Of a stretch of DNA of 50,677 nucleotides, positions 29,252 to 37,664 are shown piece by piece. The stretch lies in contig CAJOLS010000004.1 of NCBI GenBank assembly GCA_905235535.1, forward strand, positions 1 through 50,677, in the 5' to 3' direction. Made by a program: the position numbers and the translations under genes. How positions within the stretch are numbered: position 1 is the stretch's first letter; each line of letters starts with the position of its first letter. The stretch comes from an uncultured Bacteroidales bacterium (GTDB lineage: Bacteria > Bacteroidota > Bacteroidia > Bacteroidales > UBA932). Below the pieces are notes generated by a model that had not been told where the DNA came from, ran no database searches, and saw nothing but the letters and a program-made list of their open reading frames with translations.

Positions 29252-29706
29252 TAAAACGCCGCCGTCTGGCGGGAAATGCTGAGCTGCTGGATCCGGTAGG
29301 TTTCCTGCCCGGTGGAAGTGGCATAGATGGTTACCTGGAACAGCTCTCCTCCGGCATTCAGAAGGCCGATGAGGTATTTCTTGTTGGCCTCCGAAGCCCG
29401 GTGGGACACCTGGAAGGAGCGCGGGGTGTTGGAAGCGAAGAAACTGCGCAGGATTTCGCGGGCCTGTTTCTTGGAACAGTTGCGGGAGGTGGAAAGGACG
29501 GTGACGTCCAGATTGTCTGCAAACCAGCTGGAAAGGGCCACCTCGTCCCCTGCAGCCAGGTATTTGGTGATGGAAGAGAAGACGGAAAACTCTCCCTGGG
29601 GCTGGGTGCGGGTGCTGGTACTGGTCATAAACTGGGACTGGGCACCGGCCTCCAGGCACAACAGCAGCGCAAACGCCGCACAAACCGTATGCAGAAAATG
29701 GTTCAT
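29251..29706 (-). CDS. DUF4783-like exported protein
   Basis: Signal peptide; LSSWFADNLDV...SKKQA...FF...P.SF...H...YLIG.L pattern; divergent from rlmH. Confidence 0.7.
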   Translation of the reverse strand: MNHFLHTVCAAFALLLCLEAGAQSQFMTSTSTRTQPQGEFSVFSSITKYLAAGDEVALSSWFADNLDVTVLSTSRNCSKKQAREILRSFFASNTPRSFQVSHRASEANKKYLIGLLNAGGELFQVTIYATSTGQETYRIQQLSISRQTAAF

Positions 29707-29756
29707 CGGCCTGCTTACTTGCAAATTCCGCGCCGAATCGTTACATTTGTGCTGGT

Positions 29757-30230
29757 ATGGAAATCAAACTCATCACAGTAGGAAAGACGGACGTCCCGTG
29801 GGTCCGGGAAGGCCTGGAATTATACGCCTCCCGGCTCAAGCACTATATCCCCTTTTCCGTGGTGGAGATTCCCGAGCTCAAGAAAGTATCGGCCCTTACC
29901 CAGGCCCAGATCAAGGAAAAGGAGGGGGAGCTCATCCTCAAACTCACGGGGCCGCAGGAGCTCCTGGTGCTGCTGGACGAGCATGGCCACGAATTCCGTT
30001 CGCTGGAATTTGCAGAACATCTCCAGAAACTCCTCTCCCGCGGGGCCAAGAGTCTGGTGTTTGTGATTGGCGGGGCCTACGGCTTTTCTGACGCCGTGTA
30101 CAACCGCTCCTGCGAACGGATTTCCCTCTCCCGCATGACTTTTTCCCACCAGATGGTTCGCACGATTTTTGCGGAGCAGCTGTACCGGGCTTTCACCATC
30201 CTGAAGGGAGAACCCTATCATCATGAATAG
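29757..30230 (+). CDS. rlmH: 23S rRNA (pseudouridine1915-N3)-methyltransferase
   Basis: LLDEHG, FVIGGAYG, SLSRMTFSHQMVR, EQLYRA and PYHHE. Confidence 0.96.
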   Translation: MEIKLITVGKTDVPWVREGLELYASRLKHYIPFSVVEIPELKKVSALTQAQIKEKEGELILKLTGPQELLVLLDEHGHEFRSLEFAEHLQKLLSRGAKSLVFVIGGAYGFSDAVYNRSCERISLSRMTFSHQMVRTIFAEQLYRAFTILKGEPYHHE

Positions 30231-33200
30231 GAAACGGCTCATACGGCAGTGGTGGGCGGTGGCGCTGATGGCGGCCGCCGGGATTCTGTATGCCATATCG
30301 GCCCTGGTGGGCACCGGAAGGTCCGACGTCACCTCCGCCGCCCGGGAGATGAGCCGGAAGGTGGAAAACCGCATGAACCTGCTGGATACTTATATAGGGC
30401 AGGCGCTGGAGGGAGACCCGTCGGCCTGGCTGGACTTGCAGGACCTGCCGGAAGACATGGTGGTGTACCGCTATTTTGACGATTCCCTGCAAAGCTGGGT
30501 GAACCAGTTCCCCTTGCGCAATGACGACATCCACCTCCGCACGCTGGTGCAGAGGCTGGGGGACTCCCGCAGTTCGCTCTCTTCGCCGCTCGGGGAAACA
30601 TCGGCCCAGCCTTCCTTTGTCAATTACGGGCCCAAATGGTATCTGGTGAAGGCCGTGGGAGACGACGCCTGCAAGGTGGTGGCCGGCCTGGAGATTGTGA
30701 ACGAGCTCAGTTCCTCCACTCCCACCGGGGTCAACCACCATTTCCGTGTCAACGAAAGATACAGCGTCCGTCCCCTGTCCGCGGGTGCGGGAGCGCCGGT
30801 GAGCGTGAACGGGGAGCCCCTTTTCCTCCTCACGGATGAAACCCTGGCCGAACCTTCCGGCACGCACAGCGCCCTGCTGTGGATTGCCATCGGCCTGCTG
30901 TTTGCCGGCCTCATCCTGCTATTGAGCGCCCATCCCACCCTTCCCTGGCTGGCAGGCGTCCTCCTGTGCCAGATGGCCGTGCTGGCCTGGCTGTACCTGA
31001 GGGGGCCGCATCTTTTCCAAAATACGCAGCTCTTCTCTCCCCTGCTGTATGCCGACGGCCCCATCCTCTACTCGCTGGGCGCCGTCATCCTGGTGAACCT
31101 GGGCATCAACCTGGTGGTCATGGACCTTTTCCTGGTGCGGTGGACCCTCCTCAAGCAGCTCCACCGCCTCCATTCCAAGGCCCTGGAGTGGGTTCTGGCG
31201 GGCCTTCTGCTGGTGCTTTTCTTTGCCATCGGCACTTATCTGCACCTCACGTTCAAAAGCATCCTCATCAATTCCAGCATCAATCTGGAACTGTATAAAG
31301 TGTTCCTCGTCAACGGCTTCACGGCCGTGGTGTACATCTCTTTCCTGGCGCTGTCCATTACCCTGCCGGTGCTTCTGCAAATGCTGTCTCCCTTTGCCCA
31401 CGAGCTTCTGGGCATGCGGTACGACATTTTCACGCCCATGGGCCGCCTGCTGTATGCGGTATGCATCGGCGTGTACTTTGTAGTGGCCTCCTCCACCCTG
31501 GGTTTCAGCAAAGAGCAGATGCGCATTGACGTATGGGCCGCCCGCCTGGCCATGGACCGCGACATAGCCCTGGAAATCCAGCTTCGCAGCGTGGAAAACG
31601 CCATAGCCAGCGACCCTATGATAGGCGCCCTGTCCACCCTGGACGGCAGTGCCGACATCATCCGCAGCCGCCTCACCAGCGCCTTCATGAGCCGCATATC
31701 CCAGGATTACGACATCACCGTGGTCATCCCCGGGGCCGATGTGAGCGTAGGAACGGTGTACCAGGAGCGCATCCGCAGCGGCACTCGCCTGGGAGACAAT
31801 TCCCACTTCTTCTATACCAGCCTGGGAGAAGGACGCACCTCCTATACCGGCCTCTTCTCTTATTATATGGAGAAGTACGGCTCCCGCCTGGTCCTGGTTA
31901 GCGTAGAATCCAAGCACAACCGGGAAGACAGGGGCTACCTCAGGCTCCTGGGCATCTCGGATCCGGGCCGCGTGTCCCTGCCCTCCGTCTATTCCTGGGC
32001 CAAGTACAATACGGACAAACTGGTTCAGTACAAAGGCTCCTATGCCTTCCCCACCGTGTATTCGGGCCGTCTGCGCCAACTGGCGGAACAACATTCCAAC
32101 GGCTACGTGGACCTGGAAGGCTGGTGCCATTTTGTCCGCAACGTTTCCGACGAAGAGGTGGTGGTCATCTCCCGTCACCACACGGAATGGCTGTACTATG
32201 TGGTGGAGACCTTCCTCTTCTCCATCCTGGCCTTCAGCCTTCTCACCTGGATTTCCTGGAGAAAACGCAATTCCGGAGGCCGCCGCTATTTCCAGAACCG
32301 GATTAGCCTGGTGGTGTACACTTCCCTGCTGGTGACGCTGGTGGCCATGACCGTATTCAGCGTGTGGTTCGTGTACAAGCGCAACAACTCGGACATGAAC
32401 AGCGTCATGACCTCGCGCATCAATACCCTGCAGGGCATGCTGCAGGAACACCTGCGGCAGGTGGAGAATACGCAGCAGCTCACCACCACCCAAACCCTGG
32501 CCTCCGTGGAGGGGGTGGGCAACAACCTCCGCTGCGACATCACCCTCTTTGATGCAACCGGCCGCGTGGTCATGAGCACCACCCCCGAGGTGTACGACCG
32601 CATGATTCTGGGCCAGCGCCTTGACAACAACGCCTACTACAATATCATCTATGCCCACAAGCGCTTCTACATGCAGAAGGAGCGGGTGAGCCGCCGCGGT
32701 TATTATGCCCTGTACGCACCCGTGTTCAACAGCCGCGGCAATATGGTGGCCATCGTGTCCTCCCCCTTCACAGACCTGTCCCAGGACTTTGAAAGCGAGG
32801 TAATCCTGCACGTCGCCTCGGTTATCACCATCTTCCTGCTGCTGCTGCTTATCTCCCGCTTCATCACCTTCCTCATGGTGAGCCGCCTGTTCCGCCCCCT
32901 CACGGCCCTCAGCCGCAAGATGACGGTGAGCGATGTGGACCACCTGGAGCCCTTGGTGTACGACGGAGATGACGAGATTACCCCGCTGGTGGAAACCTAC
33001 AACCGCATGGTGCAGGTGCTGGGGGAAAGCTCCCGACGCCTGGCGCAGGTGGAAAGGGACAAGGCCTGGACAGATATGGCCCGCCGCGTGGCGCACGACT
33101 TGAAGAACCCCCTCACGCCCATCAAGCTGCAGCTCCAGATGCTCATGCGCATGAAGGCCAGCGGCAACCCCGCCTGGCAGGACCGCTTTGACGAGGTGGC

Positions 33201-33729
33201 CTCCACCGTCCTGTATCACGTAGATTTACTGGCCGATTCGGCCGACCAGTTCTCCACCTTCGCCAAGATGTACGACCAGAAGGCCGAAAAGATAGATCTG
33301 GACGCACTGGTGCGCCAGGAGGTGGACCTGTTCGATTCCAGGGATGACCTTGGCATAGAATACTTCGGCCTGGAGGGAGCCATCGTGCAGGCCCCGCGTC
33401 CGCAGCTCACCCGCGTGGTGGTGAACCTCATCACCAACGCCATCCAGGCGGTGGAGGACGTGGCCGACGGGAAACGCCTGCTGGTGGCCGTCCGGAATGC
33501 CGCCGAAGACGGCTTCTACGACATAGTGGTGGAAGACAACGGCCCGGGCGTGTCCGAACAGAACCAGGACAAGATCTTCACCCCGGACTTCACCACCAAG
33601 ACCAGCGGCAGCGGCCTGGGCCTGGCCATCTGCAAACGTATTGTGGAGCACTGCGGCGGCACCATCTCCTATTCCCGCTCCTTCGCCCTGGGCGGCGCCT
33701 GCTTCACCGTCAAGTTACCTAAGGCCTAG
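30223..33729 (+). CDS. Large multi-TM sensor histidine kinase (HAMP-HisKA-HATPase, NtrY-like)
   Basis: AWTDMARRVAHDLKNPLTP H-box, NLITNA N-box, DNGPG and FTTKTSGSGLGL. Confidence 0.92.
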   Translation: MNRKRLIRQWWAVALMAAAGILYAISALVGTGRSDVTSAAREMSRKVENRMNLLDTYIGQALEGDPSAWLDLQDLPEDMVVYRYFDDSLQSWVNQFPLRNDDIHLRTLVQRLGDSRSSLSSPLGETSAQPSFVNYGPKWYLVKAVGDDACKVVAGLEIVNELSSSTPTGVNHHFRVNERYSVRPLSAGAGAPVSVNGEPLFLLTDETLAEPSGTHSALLWIAIGLLFAGLILLLSAHPTLPWLAGVLLCQMAVLAWLYLRGPHLFQNTQLFSPLLYADGPILYSLGAVILVNLGINLVVMDLFLVRWTLLKQLHRLHSKALEWVLAGLLLVLFFAIGTYLHLTFKSILINSSINLELYKVFLVNGFTAVVYISFLALSITLPVLLQMLSPFAHELLGMRYDIFTPMGRLLYAVCIGVYFVVASSTLGFSKEQMRIDVWAARLAMDRDIALEIQLRSVENAIASDPMIGALSTLDGSADIIRSRLTSAFMSRISQDYDITVVIPGADVSVGTVYQERIRSGTRLGDNSHFFYTSLGEGRTSYTGLFSYYMEKYGSRLVLVSVESKHNREDRGYLRLLGISDPGRVSLPSVYSWAKYNTDKLVQYKGSYAFPTVYSGRLRQLAEQHSNGYVDLEGWCHFVRNVSDEEVVVISRHHTEWLYYVVETFLFSILAFSLLTWISWRKRNSGGRRYFQNRISLVVYTSLLVTLVAMTVFSVWFVYKRNNSDMNSVMTSRINTLQGMLQEHLRQVENTQQLTTTQTLASVEGVGNNLRCDITLFDATGRVVMSTTPEVYDRMILGQRLDNNAYYNIIYAHKRFYMQKERVSRRGYYALYAPVFNSRGNMVAIVSSPFTDLSQDFESEVILHVASVITIFLLLLLISRFITFLMVSRLFRPLTALSRKMTVSDVDHLEPLVYDGDDEITPLVETYNRMVQVLGESSRRLAQVERDKAWTDMARRVAHDLKNPLTPIKLQLQMLMRMKASGNPAWQDRFDEVASTVLYHVDLLADSADQFSTFAKMYDQKAEKIDLDALVRQEVDLFDSRDDLGIEYFGLEGAIVQAPRPQLTRVVVNLITNAIQAVEDVADGKRLLVAVRNAAEDGFYDIVVEDNGPGVSEQNQDKIFTPDFTTKTSGSGLGLAICKRIVEHCGGTISYSRSFALGGACFTVKLPKA

Positions 33730-33805
33730 GCCCGTCCCCTCCGGGTGCCCCCCCTTGGGGGTCCCGTACACCAAAAGGGCCATATTCATGTACGAAGAGG
33801 CTTTA

Positions 33806-33822
33806 GAGTCTGTTTTGAAATG
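33806..33822 (+). mobile_element. Solo MITE terminal repeat
   Basis: TTA followed by GAGTCTGTTTTGAAATG (17/17 match to the TIR); no partner end nearby. Confidence 0.7.
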
Positions 33823-33826
33823 CCTT

Positions 33827-33950
33827 CTAAAGCACACAATCCTCATTGAGCACTTAAAAGTGTGCTTTAGGCAGGGGTAGCACCCCGGGGTAAAGCACAG
33901 TCTATGCACCAGAGGCCTCAAAGTGTGCTTTAGACCGGGGTATGCCTCCG
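33827..33950. repeat. Two 63-bp palindromic tandem units
   Basis: TAAAGCACA at 33828 and 33891; GTGTGCTTTAG at 33860 and 33923. Each unit forms a stem-loop with a divergent loop. Confidence 0.75.
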
Positions 33951-34074
33951 GGCCGGTACGGGCCTTCGGCCCTATCCCTCCCACCGGCTGCGCCAGCGGG
34001 TCCTTTCCGCTCACACAGACACGGGCGTCTATGCTGCCCGGAGGCATCTGCTGTCGGCCCAAGATGAAAGAAAA

Positions 34075-34106
34075 TTTGCAGGAAAAAGGACAAATAGTTA
34101 ATTTTG
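34075..34106 (+). promoter_or_regulatory. -33/-7 promoter of efp
   Basis: TTTG-N20-TAATTTTG. Confidence 0.7.
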
Positions 34107-34147
34107 TGGATTATTTAGAACTAATGATTAACTAAAAATACCAATTT

Positions 34148-34717
34148 ATGGCAACAACTGCTGATCTGAAGAACGGAATGTACATCATGTTCAACGGCAA
34201 ACCCTGCGCCGTTGTGTACTTCCAGCACGTGAAACCCGGCAAGGGCCCGGCCTTTGTCAAGACCAAGTTGCGCAACCTGGAGAACGGCCGCATCCTGGAG
34301 AACACCTTCACCGCCGGTGTCAAACTGGACACCATCACCGTAGAGCGCCGTCCCTACCAGTTCCTCTATGACGACGGCGAGGCCTTCAACTTCATGCATG
34401 AGGAAACCTACGAGCAGATTACCCTTCCCCACGACGTTGTGGACAACGCAGACCTCATGAAGGAAGGCCAGCACGTGGAAATGATGTTCATGACGGAGCC
34501 CGAGGAGCGCTGCCTCACCTGCGAACTTCCCACCTACGTAACCCTGGAGGTTACCTATTCCGAGCCTGCCGTGAAGGGCAACACCGCCTCCACCAGCGCC
34601 CTCAAGGAAGTTACCCTGGAGACCGGTGCCAAGATCATGGTTCCCCTGTTCATCGAGACGGGTGAAATTATCACCGTAAACACCACCGACCGTTCCTACG
34701 GCCAGCGCGTAAAATAA
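34148..34717 (+). CDS. efp: Elongation factor P
   Basis: HVKPGKGPAFV, VKGNTA, LETGA...VPLFI...Y..R. Confidence 0.97.
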   Translation: MATTADLKNGMYIMFNGKPCAVVYFQHVKPGKGPAFVKTKLRNLENGRILENTFTAGVKLDTITVERRPYQFLYDDGEAFNFMHEETYEQITLPHDVVDNADLMKEGQHVEMMFMTEPEERCLTCELPTYVTLEVTYSEPAVKGNTASTSALKEVTLETGAKIMVPLFIETGEIITVNTTDRSYGQRVK

Positions 34718-35565
34718 TCGGCCACTGCTTCCAACAGCCATTTGGGCGTAGAAGTGGCGCCACAGATTCCAACCCGGTCCCGGTCTTTGACCCAGGCCGG
34801 GTTAATTTCATCCAGGCGGCCGATGACATACGTTCTGGGATTGGCGCTGCGGCAGAGGTCGCTCAGGACCTTTCCATTGGAAGAAGACCGGCCGGCGACG
34901 AAGATGATGACGTCGTGCGTGCTGGCAAATTCGGCCAGTTTCTCATGGCGGGAAGCCACCTGGGCGCAAATGGTATTGTGTACGGTGAGGGAAGCCCCGC
35001 GGGAGCGGAGCATCTCGCAGATTTGTGCGTATTCCAGGGGGCTCTTGGTGGTTTGGGAGAAAATCTCCACCGGCTCCGAGAAATCCATTTTCTCCATGGC
35101 CTCCTCCAGCATCTGCCGGTTTTCCACCACAATGGCGTCCCCGTCCACCTGGCCCAGCAGGCCCAGCACCTCTGCATGACCCACCCGGCCGAAGATAATG
35201 ATCTGCCCCTTGTGGCCGTCCTGATGCAGGCGGAGATAGGCCTCCCGGATGCTGCGCTGAAGCTGCAGCACCACAGGGCAGGAGCAGTCTATGACCATAA
35301 GGTTGCGGGAGCGGGCCGATTCATAGGTGGAAGGAGGCTCCCCGTGGGCCCGGATGAGCACGGTTTCCCCCTCGGGCACCTCCTCCAGGCTGTTCACGGT
35401 GACCAGCCCCTGCTTCTGCAGGCGGCCCAGTTCCGCGTCGTTGTGGACAATGGCGCCCAGCGAATACAGGCGGCCTTCCCGGGACAGGAAATCCTCTGCG
35501 CGGGTAATGGCGCGGATAACCCCTCCGCAGAAGCCGGAGCCCGGATCTATCTCTACGCTTAACAT
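34696..35565 (-). CDS. ispH: 4-hydroxy-3-methylbut-2-enyl diphosphate reductase
   Basis: GFCGGV, IVHN, IRAHG, DCSCP, HAEV, QTT, NTIC, SSN and GATSTP. Confidence 0.95.
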   Translation of the reverse strand: MLSVEIDPGSGFCGGVIRAITRAEDFLSREGRLYSLGAIVHNDAELGRLQKQGLVTVNSLEEVPEGETVLIRAHGEPPSTYESARSRNLMVIDCSCPVVLQLQRSIREAYLRLHQDGHKGQIIIFGRVGHAEVLGLLGQVDGDAIVVENRQMLEEAMEKMDFSEPVEIFSQTTKSPLEYAQICEMLRSRGASLTVHNTICAQVASRHEKLAEFASTHDVIIFVAGRSSSNGKVLSDLCRSANPRTYVIGRLDEINPAWVKDRDRVGICGATSTPKWLLEAVADYFTRWP

Positions 35566-36278
35566 GACAGGCCGGGGCTGTCCAGGATGGTGAACCGGCC
35601 TTGCAGAAGGCCCAGCATCCACACCAGTTCTTCGTGGAGGGTCATGTGGGTGTTGTCCATCACATAGGCGTCTTCTGCCCGCCGGAGCGGGGAGGTTTCG
35701 CGGTGGGAGTCCATATAGTCCCTTTCCCGGAGGTTGGTCATCACCTCTTCTATGGTAGGGTTCTGCCCCTTGGCCACCAGCTCTTCATAACGGCGCTGCG
35801 CCCGAACCCGGTCATCGGCCATCATGAATATCTTGACCTCGGCATGGGGGAACACGGTGGTGCCAATGTCCCGGCCGTCCATAATGACCCTTCCGCCCTC
35901 CGAGAAGGCGTGCAGGCGATTATCCACAAAGTCTCTCACAAAGGGAATGGCGCTGACGGGGCTCACATAGGAAGAGACCTGCAGGGTGCGGATTTCCTGC
36001 TCGATGCAGCGTTCTCCCAGGAAGAGGCGGGTGACGCCGCCCTCCTGGCCGAAATGAAGGTCCAGGGGGCCGATTTCCCTTTTCAGGCGGGCCTCGTCGA
36101 TGGCGCCATCGACCCCGATGATACCGGCTTCCAGGGCATACAGCGTGATGCCGCGGTACATGGCGCCGCTGTCCAGATAGAGGAAACCGAACTCCTTGGC
36201 CACCATTTTGGCGAAAGTGCTCTTACCGGTGGAAGAAAAGCCATCTACGGCAATGATGATGTCGGGAATGCTGTTCAT
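35559..36278 (-). CDS. cmk: Cytidylate kinase
   Basis: IAVDGFSSTGKST, DSGAMYR, MDGRDIGT and RD..DS.R..SPL. Confidence 0.96.
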   Translation of the reverse strand: MNSIPDIIIAVDGFSSTGKSTFAKMVAKEFGFLYLDSGAMYRGITLYALEAGIIGVDGAIDEARLKREIGPLDLHFGQEGGVTRLFLGERCIEQEIRTLQVSSYVSPVSAIPFVRDFVDNRLHAFSEGGRVIMDGRDIGTTVFPHAEVKIFMMADDRVRAQRRYEELVAKGQNPTIEEVMTNLRERDYMDSHRETSPLRRAEDAYVMDNTHMTLHEELVWMLGLLQGRFTILDSPGLSC

Positions 36279-36339
36279 AGTTTTCTGCGCTCTCAAGATT
36301 ACAAAAATAGAATATTTTTGCGATATTTGCATTATCTAA

Positions 36340-36490
36340 GAGTCTGTTTTGAAATGATTGATATTTTTATTTATAGTTTATTTTTGTGGAAATTTTTCTT
36401 GAAAATTTTTGGCCATAGGGGTTCCTATGGGTGGGAAAATTTACCAAAAAGAAACATAAAGAATTTATTGAATCATTTCAAAACAGACTC
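36340..36490 (-). mobile_element. MITE copy 2 (151 bp), inverted relative to copy 1
   Basis: Same 20-bp TIRs; TAA at 36337-39 and 36491-93. Its reverse complement matches copy 1 except an 11-bp indel, a 1-bp indel and 2 substitutions. Confidence 0.9.
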
Positions 36491-36509
36491 TAAAACAACC
36501 TATTCACGC

Positions 36510-37658
36510 ATGAAGATTCTGATTGTAGACGACGAGAGGGCCATCCGCTATTCCCTGAAAGAAATCCTGGAGATGGAAGGATATCAGGTGGAAACGGCAG
36601 AAAACGGACAGGAGGGCCTCCAGAAGGCCGAGAGGGAAAAATACGACGCCATATTCTGCGACATAAAAATGCCCGGGATGGACGGCACCGAAATGCTGGC
36701 CAAGGTAATTGAGGAGGGCATAGAGACACCGGTAGTGATGGTTTCCGGCCATGCCGACATTACCACGGCGGTGGAATGCATCAAGAAAGGAGCCTTCGAT
36801 TTCATAGAGAAGCCGCTGGACCTGAACCGCATCCTCATCACCCTCAAGAACGCCACGGACAAGGCCAGCCTGGTGAAAGAGACCAAAATCCTGAAAAAGA
36901 AAATCTACGGCCGGGAAATGGTGGGCTCTTCAGAGCCCGTCGGCCACCTGAAGGATATGATCCAGAAAGTGGCCCCCACGCAGGCCAGCGTGCTCATCAC
37001 CGGCCCCAACGGTTCCGGCAAGGAGCTGGTGGCCCAGAGCATCTACCAGCTGTCCCAGCGCTCCCAGATGCCTTTTGTGGAGGTAAACTGCGCCGCCATC
37101 CCTTCGGAACTCATTGACAGCGAACTCTTCGGCCACAAGAAGGGGTCCTTCACATCGGCCATCCGGGACCACAAGGGTAAATTTGAGCAGGCCGACGGCG
37201 GCACCATCTTCCTGGACGAGATTGGAGACATGTCGCTGGCGGCCCAGGCCAAGGTGCTGCGCGTGCTGCAGGAAAGGAAACTCACCCCCGTGGGAGGAGA
37301 CAAGGAAATTACCGTGGATGTGCGCGTGATTGCCGCCACCAACAAGAACCTCCAGGAAGAGATTGTCAAGGGCAATTTCCGGGAAGACTTGTACCACCGC
37401 CTGAGCGTGATTGTGCTCAAGGTCCCCGCCTTAGACGAGAGAAAAGACGATATCCCGCTTCTTATCAACTACTTCTCCGGAAGCATCTGCACCGAGAGCG
37501 GAAAGCCCGTCCGCGAGTTTTCCCCGGAGGCCCTGGCCCTTTTGCAGGAGCGTTCCTGGCCCGGCAACATCCGGGAACTGCGTAACGTGGTGGAGCGCCT
37601 CCTCATTCTGGGCGGAAGCCCCGTATCGGCCCAGGACGTCAAGGATTATGCTTTTTAG
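36510..37658 (+). CDS. Sigma54-type response regulator (REC-AAA+), NtrX-like, without C-terminal HTH
   Basis: ILIVDDE and DIKMP receiver; GPNGSGKE; ELFGHKKGSFTSA; FLDEIG; WPGNIRELRN. Protein ends shortly after the AAA+ domain. Confidence 0.9.
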   Translation: MKILIVDDERAIRYSLKEILEMEGYQVETAENGQEGLQKAEREKYDAIFCDIKMPGMDGTEMLAKVIEEGIETPVVMVSGHADITTAVECIKKGAFDFIEKPLDLNRILITLKNATDKASLVKETKILKKKIYGREMVGSSEPVGHLKDMIQKVAPTQASVLITGPNGSGKELVAQSIYQLSQRSQMPFVEVNCAAIPSELIDSELFGHKKGSFTSAIRDHKGKFEQADGGTIFLDEIGDMSLAAQAKVLRVLQERKLTPVGGDKEITVDVRVIAATNKNLQEEIVKGNFREDLYHRLSVIVLKVPALDERKDDIPLLINYFSGSICTESGKPVREFSPEALALLQERSWPGNIRELRNVVERLLILGGSPVSAQDVKDYAF

Positions 37659-37664
37659 CCCTGT

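Noticed and set aside
33827-33950. CRISPR array interpretation of the 63-bp repeats
   Set aside because: Only two units, degenerate linkers, variable sequence inside the stem loop, and no cas genes.
33806-36490. Composite transposon from the solo TIR to the right end of MITE 2
   Set aside because: The flanks differ (TTA versus TAA), and MITE 2 has its own intact target duplication.
35601-36509. N-terminal 300 aa of the 685-aa ORF
   Set aside because: This part is antisense to cmk and runs through the MITE. The receiver domain starts at 36510.
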